NCBI GenBank assembly: GCA_942490835.1
Contig: CALNYY010000056.1
Location: forward strand, 84,280-148,279
Source: an uncultured Saprospiraceae bacterium
Lineage (GTDB): Bacteria > Bacteroidota > Bacteroidia > Chitinophagales > Saprospiraceae
Reading direction: 5' to 3'
Length of the DNA stretch: 64,000 nt
Shown: positions 9,075 to 19,150 of the stretch, one piece after another
Numbering within the stretch: position 1 is the first letter of the stretch
How the letters are laid out: each line of letters opens with the position of its first letter
Notes under the pieces: generated by a model
Told to the model about the DNA's origin: nothing
The model's input: the letters and a program-made list of their open reading frames with translations, nothing else
Database searches by the model: none
Program-made: the position numbers and the translations under genes

Positions 9075-11084
9075 TCACTTTTTTATGATAACGCCCTTTT
9101 CTTCAAACTTCGTTACTTTAATCTCTGTCCTTCTGTTTTCTTGGTGCTCTTGCTCGCCGCAATCAATGTCATTACCACAATGATTTACTAATTGGTCTTC
9201 TCCATATCCAGCAGCTTTTAACCTTGTAGGCTCAATTCCTCTTGAAACAATGTAATCAACAGCTGCCTGTGCTCTTCTTTGAGATAATGCTCTGTTGTAA
9301 TCATCGGACCCCCTGCTATCAGTATGAGACATCAGTTCAATTTCAAGTGATGGATATTTCTTCATATAATCAACCACTTTTCGCAATTCCAAAGCTGCAT
9401 CCGCTCGTATAAAGTGTTTGTCATAATCATAATACAAATCATCCAAGCGATGAATCATACCTACTTCAAAATCGGGTTCCGGTGTATCCTTTGGATCAAT
9501 TTTCTCTAAATACAATAACACGACCGGATTGTCATTTTCACATTCAACATCGTAAGAGTAAACTATCTCAAAATTATTTTGATAATCGCCTTTTGATGCT
9601 GCCACTTCATAGTCACAACTACAATCCATTGGGAATGTAAAATTACCAGTCCTGTCCGCTATTACGTCTTGAGATTGCCCATTGCAATTGTTCGTAATTT
9701 TTACATCTGCAAAAGGAATTGGTTTATCATTGTATTTGTCTTTTACCTCACCACTCATAGCTATGGGCGGTTTTCTTTTTATTGGAATCAACCATTCTCT
9801 ATCAGTTAAAATCTCTGTACCTGAAACTTTTCTTTTCATTGGTAAATAGCCTGGTTTATCAACTGTCACTTCATAATATCTATCTGGCACAATCGGGTAT
9901 TCAAGACCACAACTTTTTCCAAACTGGGTAAAAGAATCATTTTTCTTTTCTCCTTCATAGGGAACTAATACAGTATAATCCTTTCCATCAATTGATTTTG
10001 CCTGCATTTGCATATATGGTGTCTGTCCGTCCTCACCTACAAATACTGCCGCACCTTCCATTTCTTTACTAATCGCTTGAATGCTTAAATAGGCATCCTG
10101 AATTCTTTCTTCTGTTCTTTCATCTACCACACAGATATGGGCAATAGAAGGTTTTTGACCTGTTTTTTTCCAGGCGTACAAATCGTCTTTCCCCATTCCT
10201 TCTCCCCTATTGGATGTCAGAAACCCTTCTGATCCATCTTTATTTGTTGAAAAACCAAAATCGTCAAAAGCAGAGTTAATCGGCACTGGAAGATGACGTC
10301 TGGTCGCCATTTCTCCATTTGAAATTGGCATAGCATAAACATCAAGTCCACCAAGGCCACTATGCCCATTTGATGACCAGAATAACACGCCTTCCGGAGA
10401 TATAAAAGGGAAAACTTCATTTCCCGATGTATTCACTTTAGCTCCAAGGTTGACGGGCGTACCCCAGCCATTTTGCTTTTTTTCAACTACATAAATATCC
10501 ATTCCTCCATATCCACCTGGTCTATTAGAAGAAAAATACAGCCATGTTCCATTAGAGGTTAAAGTTGGATGACAAGTAGCATATTCATCACTATTAAATG
10601 GTAGTTCTTTCACATTTGTCCAAAGCCCATTTCTAATATCGCCTTCATAAATTTTCAAGTCGATTGTTCCCCATCGGTTTGTTCCTTTCGTGTTATTCCT
10701 TGAAAATATCATATGTGTTTGACCATTGGTAAAGGTGCACGCACCGTCATGGTATTTGCCATTTACATCACCTTCCAATAACTTAGGGGGCATATAAAAT
10801 CCTTCCTGATCTTTTTCCGAAAAATATAAATCAGAATAATGCCCTCGAGCAAAATCGGCATCGCATCCAAACAGTTTGGTTCTGTTTCGAGTGGAGGTAA
10901 AAACAATTCCGTTTCTGAAAGGGATAGCACAATAATCCAGTTGGGAAGAATTGAGCTCTTCAATGTTTTGGATGGAATATTCCTGTGCAGTAGGCTGCGA
11001 AAAATTCGGGGATAAAAATTGTTGGGCAGGCAGACTTATTGCCAACAGCATTACCCAAATTATATTTAAAATATGTTTTCTCAT
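9075..11084 (-). CDS. PorE-like OmpA-family protein (TolB-type beta-propeller, carboxypeptidase-regulatory-like domain, OmpA_C peptidoglycan-binding domain)
   Basis: Signal peptide and PD40/TolB-like repeats (LYFSSNRPGGYGGMDIYV, LFWSSNGHSGLGGLDVYA). C-terminal OmpA_C signature: IELMSHTDSRGSDDYNRALSQRRAQAAVDYIVSRGI...RRTEIKV. Confidence 0.8.
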   Translation of the reverse strand: MRKHILNIIWVMLLAISLPAQQFLSPNFSQPTAQEYSIQNIEELNSSQLDYCAIPFRNGIVFTSTRNRTKLFGCDADFARGHYSDLYFSEKDQEGFYMPPKLLEGDVNGKYHDGACTFTNGQTHMIFSRNNTKGTNRWGTIDLKIYEGDIRNGLWTNVKELPFNSDEYATCHPTLTSNGTWLYFSSNRPGGYGGMDIYVVEKKQNGWGTPVNLGAKVNTSGNEVFPFISPEGVLFWSSNGHSGLGGLDVYAMPISNGEMATRRHLPVPINSAFDDFGFSTNKDGSEGFLTSNRGEGMGKDDLYAWKKTGQKPSIAHICVVDERTEERIQDAYLSIQAISKEMEGAAVFVGEDGQTPYMQMQAKSIDGKDYTVLVPYEGEKKNDSFTQFGKSCGLEYPIVPDRYYEVTVDKPGYLPMKRKVSGTEILTDREWLIPIKRKPPIAMSGEVKDKYNDKPIPFADVKITNNCNGQSQDVIADRTGNFTFPMDCSCDYEVAASKGDYQNNFEIVYSYDVECENDNPVVLLYLEKIDPKDTPEPDFEVGMIHRLDDLYYDYDKHFIRADAALELRKVVDYMKKYPSLEIELMSHTDSRGSDDYNRALSQRRAQAAVDYIVSRGIEPTRLKAAGYGEDQLVNHCGNDIDCGEQEHQENRRTEIKVTKFEEKGVIIKK

Positions 11085-11135
11085 TTTCTTCTAAGTTTGA
11101 ATTCTAACGTGAATGGCCAGCTTTAACTCGTGATT

Positions 11136-12053
11136 TTAGAAATATCGCAAATGGTTTACATTACAATCTTTGCATTTGAATGTATAACCTACCAGTATTT
11201 CAAAACTGCCATTTGTAAATTTCTCCAGATCAGAAGTGGTGAAGTCCAAAGCCATGCTCATGCGCATTCCATTTTCAAATTGAAAGCCTACTACGCCATC
11301 AACAGAATCAGCCAACCGGTAACTTGCTCCGAGAATAAATCTGTCAAGCAAAAGCAAATTGGCATTTAAATCCAGATCGACCGGAGCATTTGAATTATAG
11401 GTAATTAAAAAAGAAGGCAGCAATTTGAGCCTTGAATTTAATCGGGTAATGGCGCCTGCGGTCAGGTAGTAGGTCATGATGGTTTCCTTTTGAATCAATT
11501 CTGACCTATCAAGAAACAAAGCGTTTTTCAACAGCCTTGGAATAGACAAACCCACAAAGAAATCATTTGCATAATAGTATGCTCCGATTCCAAAATTTGG
11601 AGCAAAAGAAGACTCATTTGCCCCAGGAATTAAATCGTCATCCAAGTCCAATGGATCGGCAATCGACCAATTGATTTTGGCCTGTTCTACCCTACCCTGT
11701 AAACCAATGCTCAATTTGCTATTATTTGAAAACGGCATATGGTACGCATAAAATAGATCTACCGAATTCGTATTTACTTTTCCAATTTCATCATTGGTAA
11801 ATGCCAAGCCTATTGCATTTCTTCCACCTGAAAAAGGAGCATGGGCACTAAAACTCATCGTGGATGGAGAGCCATCTATTCCTGCCCATTGTTTACGATA
11901 TATACCCAGGGCATCAAAAGCACCTTTGCTTCCTGTATATGCTGGGTTGTAGGACAGTTTATTGTACATAAAATGCGTAAACTGCACATCGCTTTGAGAG
12001 AAGCCTATAATGCTGAAAACGAGTATGACAAAAACGGTTAATAAAGATTTCAT
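11136..12053 (-). CDS. Type IX secretion system membrane protein, PorP/SprF family
   Basis: N-terminus MKSL...GFSQSDVQFTHFMYNKLSYNPAYTGSKG is the characteristic PorP/SprF opening. About 300-aa beta-barrel, immediately downstream of a type-B CTD cargo gene. Confidence 0.85.
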   Translation of the reverse strand: MKSLLTVFVILVFSIIGFSQSDVQFTHFMYNKLSYNPAYTGSKGAFDALGIYRKQWAGIDGSPSTMSFSAHAPFSGGRNAIGLAFTNDEIGKVNTNSVDLFYAYHMPFSNNSKLSIGLQGRVEQAKINWSIADPLDLDDDLIPGANESSFAPNFGIGAYYYANDFFVGLSIPRLLKNALFLDRSELIQKETIMTYYLTAGAITRLNSRLKLLPSFLITYNSNAPVDLDLNANLLLLDRFILGASYRLADSVDGVVGFQFENGMRMSMALDFTTSDLEKFTNGSFEILVGYTFKCKDCNVNHLRYF

Positions 12054-12101
12054 AAATGATATTTTTTAAATTCAGTTAGCAATAATCAGCAAGCTGAATT
12101 T

Positions 12102-15100
12102 CTATCTTGTTAATGTAAAATATCCCTGTAAACAATGGTCGTCACTTGTATCTAATTGCAGTACATAGAAATAGGTGCCAGGCGGTAATTGTGTATTTCT
12201 ATATGTGCCTTTCCAGTTGTTTTGATAAGGCTGCGCTTCAAATACGAGGTCGCCCCAGCGATTAAATATTTTCAAATTATTATTGGAAAATTCTGTTTCC
12301 AGGCAAGGAATAACGAGTCCATCATTGGCACCATCGTCATTTGGCGTTATAACATTTGGAATAAAACAAACTTCGTCTTCATCATTTTCTCTATAGACCC
12401 TTACGTTGACAACTGCTTCTTCGCATTGATCAGGGCAATCAGGGTTGCAAATCATATAAATGAAAACATCGTTGCCTACTTGACCTTCTTGAGGATAGTA
12501 AACAGGCTGGCCATTCTGATCAAATTCTATTCGACCATTTACAGGTTGGCTGACTATTGTTATTTCCCAATTTGAAATGTTTGAGATTTCATCATTCTCG
12601 ATCCAATCTTCAGTCGTGATCGAGTCCTCAGTCGTGATTTGGAAAAAGTCTTCATTTGCAAAAAGATCATCAAAAACAAATACCTCTGTACTTTCTGAAA
12701 TAAAGGCACATCCGTTTACTGTTTCTACAACAACAGAATAGGCTCCTGCATTTTTGCTACTGACATTTTCAAGGATTGGATTGATACTTTCAGATTGGAA
12801 TCCATTCGGGCCAATCCATTGATAATTTGCTCCCAAAACAAATGGAGCACTCAATTCTACGATGTCGCCAACACATGCCACATTTACGGAGTCGGTTGTA
12901 TTGGACAACTCTAAATTAGGTGACATTTCAATAACAACATCTTGTGCATTTGATAGCTGGGAAGTGCAATCTCCAACACTAACGGAAACCATATATATTC
13001 CCTCATCTCCATTGCTCGCATTTTCTATAAACAAAGTTGGATGATCTGTTATGGCGACCTGTATGATACTATTGCCATTATCAAACCACCAGTGGTAAGT
13101 CACATTATTTCCTGAAACTGTGGAGCTATTCAATTCTAATATCCCGCCCTCACAAACAACATCATTATCAGCTGTCAACGTAGGTGACTGATTAAGCAAG
13201 TTTGTGACATTTATCTGCTGGGCATTTGATTGCTGAGAAGTACAATTCCCTACACTTACCTGCACCGTATAAATCCCTTTATCAGTCAATTCCAAATCAT
13301 CGATAAAATAGGTTGGAATGTCAGTTGTTCCTAATGATACAGGTCCAGATCCATCATTAAAAAACCATTCATACGTCACATTCCCACCTGTTACAATGGA
13401 GCTGTTCAATTCGAGTGATTCACCAATACAAAAGTTGCTTGAATTTGCTGCGAGCAATGGTGTTTGATTGCTTAAGTTTTCCGTTACTTCAACAGCTTGA
13501 GAGTTGGAATATTGAGAAGTACAGTTTCCAATACTGAATGTCACTTGGTAAATGCCTTCATTATTAGCGTTAATATCATTGATGAAGAAAGTAGGCACAT
13601 TGGTCGTTCCAAGCGAAATGAATCCAGTTCCATCATCAAACCACCATTCATAAGTCACATTATTTCCAGTGACAACACTGCTGCTTAAAGTCAGCATCTC
13701 GCCTTCGCATATTAGATTTTGACTTGCATCCAACTGTGGCGTTTGTGACGATAAATTTTCAGTAACCTCAATATCTTGAGCATTTGAGAATTGTGTTTCA
13801 CAATTTCCAAAAGAGGCTGTTACGGCATAAATGCCCGAATCATTGAAAGAAGCATCAGGAATAAAATAAGTTGGTAAATCGGTAGTCGTCAGAAGAACAA
13901 ATCCGTTTCCATTATCAAACCACCAGTTGTAAGTTATATTTCCACCAGATAAAATGGATGCATTCAATTCGATCAACTCTCCTTCACAAGGTTGATCTTG
14001 CAAAATTGAAAGAGCCGGTGTCTGTGAATTAAAGTCATCACTTACATCAATATTGGCAATAGCTGATGGGGAGCTTTGACAAAGGCCATTGGTAACAATA
14101 ATGAAATATTCTCCTGAATTTGAGACAGTTGCATCTGAGATATTAAACGCAGGCACGGCTGTTGTCTCAAGCAAAACAGCTCCATTTCCATTATTAAACC
14201 ACCATTCATATTGGACATTATTCCCTTGGACTGCTGCGCTGTTAAACTCCAATGATTCTCCTTCGCAAAACTGGTTCTCTTGAACTGATATTTCTGGATA
14301 AATACTCGAAAAACTATTATCTATTTCAACCTCTTGGCTATTCGATGTTGGGCTGTTGCAATTTCCGCTATTTATGATAACTGAATAAGTCCCAGCATTA
14401 TCTATAGACAAATCATTTATGGTGAAAGAAGGGTTGTTGGATGTTCCTATAAGAGCCATTCCATTTCCATCATCAAACCACCATGTATATTCTATGTTGT
14501 TTCCAGAAACGGCTGCAGTGGAAAGCTGCAATGATCCTCCATCGCATAGTTGGTTTTCATCTACATTTAAAAATGGTTGTACGCCGGTTAGGATATCACT
14601 CACGACAATGTCTTGCGAATTTGATTTTTGAGATTCGCATCCATTTAGATGAACACTTACATTGTAAACACCTGTATTACTGATGTTTGCGTTTTGGATA
14701 AAAAATGTTGGAACATCTGTAATCCCAAGAGATACATCGCCAGAACCATCATTGAACCACCACTCATAAGTAACATTTCCTCCTTGTACAATTGTACTAT
14801 TTAGCTCAATAAGATCGCCAACACAAAGTATATCATTATCAACTGCCAATCCTGGGGTTTGTGCTACTATGTTCACTACCTCTATTTCTTGTTCGGATGA
14901 CATTAGCGACATACAATTGTTTACTTCCACCTGAACAGAGTATATGCCCGATTGGCTAATTTCAACATCCGTAATTGATAAAACAGAATCGGTTGAAGTG
15001 GCTATTAATTCAGGTCCAGAGCCGTCATCAAAATACCATTGATAATTTACATCTGTTCCCGGATATCCATTTGCTGTAAGCAATATTGATGATCCAACAC

Positions 15101-18100
15101 AAAGTTGGTTAGTATTTGGTTGAATCTCAGGAGTGGAAGGTGTTAAATCAAAATCAATATTTACACTTCCAGGCTCGCCGACACATCCATCTTCTGTGTA
15201 TAAATAAAGTGTAAACTCGCCCTCGTAATTATGAGACAAATTTGGAATGTCAATGGGGAATGGCCCAAACTCTGTGGTCATTTTTGAAAATTGGAACCCA
15301 TTTGGTCCAACCCATTGGTAAAGAACTGAATCACCTGCTACGTCGATTGAATTTTCTCCAGTTAGAGAAGCAGTTGACCCGATACAAAAGGAAGTTCCAT
15401 TCGAAGTAACATTCTCTACTATTGGGACAATTACATTTGGATTACAAAAGAATTCTCGCCACTCGGGAATACCATTTAAATTAGCATCAGGGCATGGGTC
15501 ACCTGCTGGGCATTCATTTGAATCGGAAAGCATATCTCCGTCAGTATCAAGGTCATCCAAATCAGGAATGCCGTCACCATCAGTATCAGGGCAAGGAAAA
15601 CCGGTTTCGCATTCATATCCATCAAAAATGCCATCATTATCTCTGTCTGGATCTTGGAAATCTGCTGTGTTGTCACCATCGCCATCTGTACAATCAGAAG
15701 GATCTGGGCATTCGTACACATCAAGAATACCATCATTGTCACTATCTATTTCCTGAAAATCAGGAATGCCATCTCCATCCGAATCAGTAGGTTTTGAAGT
15801 AGCTAAATAATCTACAGAAGTACCATAAATATCAACATTAGGCATGCCCGTACCGATAATACCGTCAAAATCTGGGTCAGATTGATTGGCTTCTCTAACA
15901 TCCAACACCCCATCACCATCGCTATCAAGTTCTTGAAAATCTGGAGTACCATCTCCATCGGTATCTGTGGGCACAGAAGTAGGCATGTGGTCAATTGATT
16001 GGCCAAATATATTTACGTTGGCAACACCAAGCCCAACCATTCCGTCATTGTCAGGATCTGGATAATTATGCTCAGCAATATCTGTAATAATATCGTTGTC
16101 TGAATCTAAATCCATATAATCGCATACCAAGTCAGTATCGGTATCTTTTGGATTTGAGGTAGTAGTCAATATGATCCCATTAGCCGATATTGCCCTGCCT
16201 TTATCATCAATTGTAATTATTCCAGTTTCGGGGAAACCATCATTGTCAGGGTCATTTCCATCTGCTTCTTTGACGTCATTAATACCATCATTATCGGTGT
16301 CAAGGTCATGGTAATTAGGAACAATATCGCCATCCGAATCCATAGGGTTTGAAGTTGTGAATATCCCAACTCCAACTGCCAATCCGTTTATGTCGACAGG
16401 TACAAGCCCCACTCCAATCATTCCATCATTATCGGCATCCTTGTTACCACCTTCTTCGACATCATGAATCAAGTCATTGTCTGAATCTAAATCATGCCAA
16501 TCAGGCACTGCATCGCCATCAAAATCAAGTAAACTTGGTATGGGTTGACCTGTAATCAGTGGATCTATTTGTGGAGCTAATCCTGTCATACCAGTAATTG
16601 GAATATTTCCATTTCCATCGTCAATACGGCCATCATTATTTGAATCTGAAATAGCATGGCCACCTTCCTCTACATCATGGATTCCATCATTATCGCTATC
16701 CAAATCATCATAATCAGGAATTAAATCTGCATCAGCATCATATCTTGAATAGGTCTCAATCGCATTTAGATTATCAGGATCAGAAGCTATGGCATTATAT
16801 AAGCCATTTGCGCCAAATTCTATTGGGAGTCCATCTATCACACCATTTCGATCAACATCTGGCTGACCATGTCCTGCCTCAACTAAATCTGGAATTCCAT
16901 CATTGTCACTATCCAAGTCAAAGTGATCTGGAATCCTGTCTCCATCAGTATCATAAATGCCAGCTATTTCATCACAAATTCCATCTGCATTAATATCAGG
17001 GCAAGGGTTTGCAAAATTTGGATCATCCGCATCTTCGAAATTTTGAATTCCATCAGCATCAGCATCAGCACTCGGATCCAAACCTCCTGGCAAGCAGGCA
17101 TATCCTGTTACGGGATTACAGAATTCACTTTTATCTGCCACACCATCATTATCATCGTCAATATCTATAGAATCAGGTATTCCGTCTCCATCTCTATCTG
17201 GTCCTGGATCAGAATTACAATCATCAGTAATAAGGAATTTAATTGTTCCGATTGCTTTGCCATCATATTCATAAAATGCCCAGTAATCGAGGATATTATT
17301 ATTGCCAAATCCATTTTGGTAAGTGAATGGAACATTCGTTGGCATTGCATTTCCAGGCCATCCACCTCCGCTTACAGGAGCACTTATGGGTGTATGATCG
17401 TAAAAAAACAAATCATTGTTATTGTTCTGACCACTATTCTCTAAATAGAAAGAAACACCACCTTGGTTATTTTCGACATCAGTCAGCAACACATGCGATT
17501 CTCCTCCTCGCATAGTTATTTCATAATCAATGGCAATATTTATATCAGTTGGCAAGTCGTGCCCTTCGCCATCCTTTGTCTCCCAAAAAACATTATTGTT
17601 TCCAATCTGAATTTGCTGGTAAAGAATCCGGTCAATCGAATCTTCGAAATCGCCATCTTTATTGATATCAAGTTTCAATATTGCAGTTCCACTTAGGTTG
17701 GAGTTGAAATTGAATATTGCACCTGAACCAACTTCAAGAATTCCTTGTGGACATGGGGGAGCAGAATTATTTGCTGACAACAGTTGGACATCATTGATGT
17801 CTAATGTTGTGATTAACGGATTAATTTTCAACCAAGTCTCGTGTGTATTTTCCCTAAAAACATCTGTGTTTTTAGCTGTACTTGGCATATCATCATTCGG
17901 ATAATTGAAGAAGATTTTATTATTGATAATTAACCCATTCCCGTAATCTTCAGCCTGTGGCTCGTATAAATAATAAGAACCCGATGTCCATGTAGCTGGA
18001 TCATCAGATTTCACAATCATGCTTCGAGGCTGCGAACTATAAACAGGCAGAAAGTCGTGTTTTACAAATCCACTACTATTGGAAGAAATTGGGAACCTAA

Positions 18101-18839
18101 ATGGATCCGCATCGTGAAATTCTATTTTAAAAATAAATCCTTGCTTAGTTAATACATGGAAAGAAGGAGAGGTGTGATAGCCATTTTGATTAATGATCAA
18201 TATCAATTCATTGGCATAAACCCTCCCAAAAATAGGTTGGCCTCCATAGTTTCCAGCATTCTGTTTGGTCACTGTAACGTCCCATGCCAAAACTACTCTT
18301 GGTGTTTTGGGCTGATCAGTTGCTCTTGTCCAAGCAGCACTATTCAAAATATTAGGAAAATCAGTGGAAGAATAGGTTGGATAACCAAAATAGACAGTCC
18401 ATATTCCCGCCTCATCAGATCCCACTTCTAAAACTGCAGGCTCATATCCAGCTCCGTTTGTGGAGCCTCCTCCAGTTGGTCCTGCATCTTCCATAGCTTT
18501 ATTGAAGATGATCCCTTCATTGCCATTGCTTCCATCAATCAACATAGCCATTGTCCCATCTGGCCGATACACTGTTATGAAACCTCCCTCGATTCCAAGG
18601 TGGCTTGAGCCTATGTTAAGGAATTCGCCAACATTGGCATATACTTTTAATTGTTGGGTATCTCTGGTGTCCAAAAAAAGCCTATATCCAGCAGACTCAG
18701 CTAAATCTTTTGACCCCTCGGCAGCAAGGTCTGAAAAAGGAGTTGCAACAAACATTGCTAATATTAAGCATAGGGATAATTCTGGGAACAACTTGTGCGA
18801 ATGCGCAAGTCCTTTGCGTAAAGGCAGGGGGATTCTCAT
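12102..18839 (-). CDS. Giant (2245 aa) cell-surface adhesin with thrombospondin type-3 Ca-binding repeats, about 10 Ig-like repeats and a T9SS type-B (gliding-motility-associated) C-terminal domain
   Basis: Signal peptide. Long DxDxDGxxDxxD arrays (DLDSDNDGIPD...). Tandem ~93-aa units with NVTYEWWFDDGSG and a Cys pair. C-terminus FIPNVITPNDDGANDGLVIP...LKIFNRWGDLVFE...WKGTY...LPPGTYFYVLQL matches the type-B CTD pattern. Confidence 0.9.
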   Translation of the reverse strand: MRIPLPLRKGLAHSHKLFPELSLCLILAMFVATPFSDLAAEGSKDLAESAGYRLFLDTRDTQQLKVYANVGEFLNIGSSHLGIEGGFITVYRPDGTMAMLIDGSNGNEGIIFNKAMEDAGPTGGGSTNGAGYEPAVLEVGSDEAGIWTVYFGYPTYSSTDFPNILNSAAWTRATDQPKTPRVVLAWDVTVTKQNAGNYGGQPIFGRVYANELILIINQNGYHTSPSFHVLTKQGFIFKIEFHDADPFRFPISSNSSGFVKHDFLPVYSSQPRSMIVKSDDPATWTSGSYYLYEPQAEDYGNGLIINNKIFFNYPNDDMPSTAKNTDVFRENTHETWLKINPLITTLDINDVQLLSANNSAPPCPQGILEVGSGAIFNFNSNLSGTAILKLDINKDGDFEDSIDRILYQQIQIGNNNVFWETKDGEGHDLPTDINIAIDYEITMRGGESHVLLTDVENNQGGVSFYLENSGQNNNNDLFFYDHTPISAPVSGGGWPGNAMPTNVPFTYQNGFGNNNILDYWAFYEYDGKAIGTIKFLITDDCNSDPGPDRDGDGIPDSIDIDDDNDGVADKSEFCNPVTGYACLPGGLDPSADADADGIQNFEDADDPNFANPCPDINADGICDEIAGIYDTDGDRIPDHFDLDSDNDGIPDLVEAGHGQPDVDRNGVIDGLPIEFGANGLYNAIASDPDNLNAIETYSRYDADADLIPDYDDLDSDNDGIHDVEEGGHAISDSNNDGRIDDGNGNIPITGMTGLAPQIDPLITGQPIPSLLDFDGDAVPDWHDLDSDNDLIHDVEEGGNKDADNDGMIGVGLVPVDINGLAVGVGIFTTSNPMDSDGDIVPNYHDLDTDNDGINDVKEADGNDPDNDGFPETGIITIDDKGRAISANGIILTTTSNPKDTDTDLVCDYMDLDSDNDIITDIAEHNYPDPDNDGMVGLGVANVNIFGQSIDHMPTSVPTDTDGDGTPDFQELDSDGDGVLDVREANQSDPDFDGIIGTGMPNVDIYGTSVDYLATSKPTDSDGDGIPDFQEIDSDNDGILDVYECPDPSDCTDGDGDNTADFQDPDRDNDGIFDGYECETGFPCPDTDGDGIPDLDDLDTDGDMLSDSNECPAGDPCPDANLNGIPEWREFFCNPNVIVPIVENVTSNGTSFCIGSTASLTGENSIDVAGDSVLYQWVGPNGFQFSKMTTEFGPFPIDIPNLSHNYEGEFTLYLYTEDGCVGEPGSVNIDFDLTPSTPEIQPNTNQLCVGSSILLTANGYPGTDVNYQWYFDDGSGPELIATSTDSVLSITDVEISQSGIYSVQVEVNNCMSLMSSEQEIEVVNIVAQTPGLAVDNDILCVGDLIELNSTIVQGGNVTYEWWFNDGSGDVSLGITDVPTFFIQNANISNTGVYNVSVHLNGCESQKSNSQDIVVSDILTGVQPFLNVDENQLCDGGSLQLSTAAVSGNNIEYTWWFDDGNGMALIGTSNNPSFTINDLSIDNAGTYSVIINSGNCNSPTSNSQEVEIDNSFSSIYPEISVQENQFCEGESLEFNSAAVQGNNVQYEWWFNNGNGAVLLETTAVPAFNISDATVSNSGEYFIIVTNGLCQSSPSAIANIDVSDDFNSQTPALSILQDQPCEGELIELNASILSGGNITYNWWFDNGNGFVLLTTTDLPTYFIPDASFNDSGIYAVTASFGNCETQFSNAQDIEVTENLSSQTPQLDASQNLICEGEMLTLSSSVVTGNNVTYEWWFDDGTGFISLGTTNVPTFFINDINANNEGIYQVTFSIGNCTSQYSNSQAVEVTENLSNQTPLLAANSSNFCIGESLELNSSIVTGGNVTYEWFFNDGSGPVSLGTTDIPTYFIDDLELTDKGIYTVQVSVGNCTSQQSNAQQINVTNLLNQSPTLTADNDVVCEGGILELNSSTVSGNNVTYHWWFDNGNSIIQVAITDHPTLFIENASNGDEGIYMVSVSVGDCTSQLSNAQDVVIEMSPNLELSNTTDSVNVACVGDIVELSAPFVLGANYQWIGPNGFQSESINPILENVSSKNAGAYSVVVETVNGCAFISESTEVFVFDDLFANEDFFQITTEDSITTEDWIENDEISNISNWEITIVSQPVNGRIEFDQNGQPVYYPQEGQVGNDVFIYMICNPDCPDQCEEAVVNVRVYRENDEDEVCFIPNVITPNDDGANDGLVIPCLETEFSNNNLKIFNRWGDLVFEAQPYQNNWKGTYRNTQLPPGTYFYVLQLDTSDDHCLQGYFTLTR
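12666..15420 (-). repeat. Coding tandem repeats: about 10 Ig-like modules (~93 aa, ~279 bp each) within the adhesin
   Basis: Successive units share ..LC.G..L.L.S..V.G.NVTYEWWFDDG.G...LG.T..PTFFI.......G.Y.V.....C.S..SN.Q...V. Divergent at the DNA level, so not CRISPR-like. Confidence 0.85.
15450..17232 (-). repeat. Coding repeats: thrombospondin type-3-like Asp-rich calcium-binding motifs
   Basis: Repeated DSDNDGI.D, DTDGDGIPD and DPDNDG motifs in larger ~60-70-aa super-repeats. They generate spurious His-rich antisense ORFs on the plus strand. Confidence 0.85.
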
Positions 18840-19106
18840 ACTCGGTATGTTTAGTTGACAAACACACTTCCTGGAAACTCAATATCATAAACAATTCCAA
18901 GGAAGCTGTTTTAACTTCAATAGGGATTTAAAAAATCTATTTTAAAATATTGGAAATACGAGGAAACTCAGATAGATTGGAAATATGGTGAGTGGTTAGG
19001 AGTACAGGATCAAAAACGCTGCCAAAATTTTATATTTTTTTAATATGTTCTGGATACCTTAATATATGGATCTTTCAAAAAAATTCACAAACCAATTCCC
19101 ATTTCG

Positions 19107-19114
19107 TAGGTTTG
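19107..19114 (+). promoter_or_regulatory. Candidate -7 promoter element TAGGTTTG upstream of the UbiD-family gene
   Basis: Matches TAnnTTTG, 37 nt upstream of the ATG at 19151. No clear -33 element. Confidence 0.3.
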
Positions 19115-19150
19115 GGTTCATAAATTCTTATTTATCAAACAGCAATCAAA

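Noticed and set aside
9000-9191. 63-aa plus-strand ORF overlapping the OmpA-family gene 3' end.
   Set aside because: It is antisense to the conserved OmpA_C domain and is hydrophobic because of AT-rich antisense codons. The region is better explained as terminator plus CDS.
12666-17232. Regular tandem periodicity that could be mistaken for a CRISPR array or satellite.
   Set aside because: The repeats are in-frame protein modules (93-aa Ig-like units and Asp-rich motifs), diverged at the DNA level. There is no repeat/spacer structure and there are no cas genes.
15494-17444. Plus-strand ORFs inside the adhesin gene (15494-15790, 15568-15756, 16745-16993, 16923-17444), several of them His/Ile-rich.
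   Set aside because: They are antisense to the Asp-rich (GAT/GAC) thrombospondin-type repeats, which automatically gives open ATC/CAT-rich frames. The minus-strand 2245-aa ORF explains the region.
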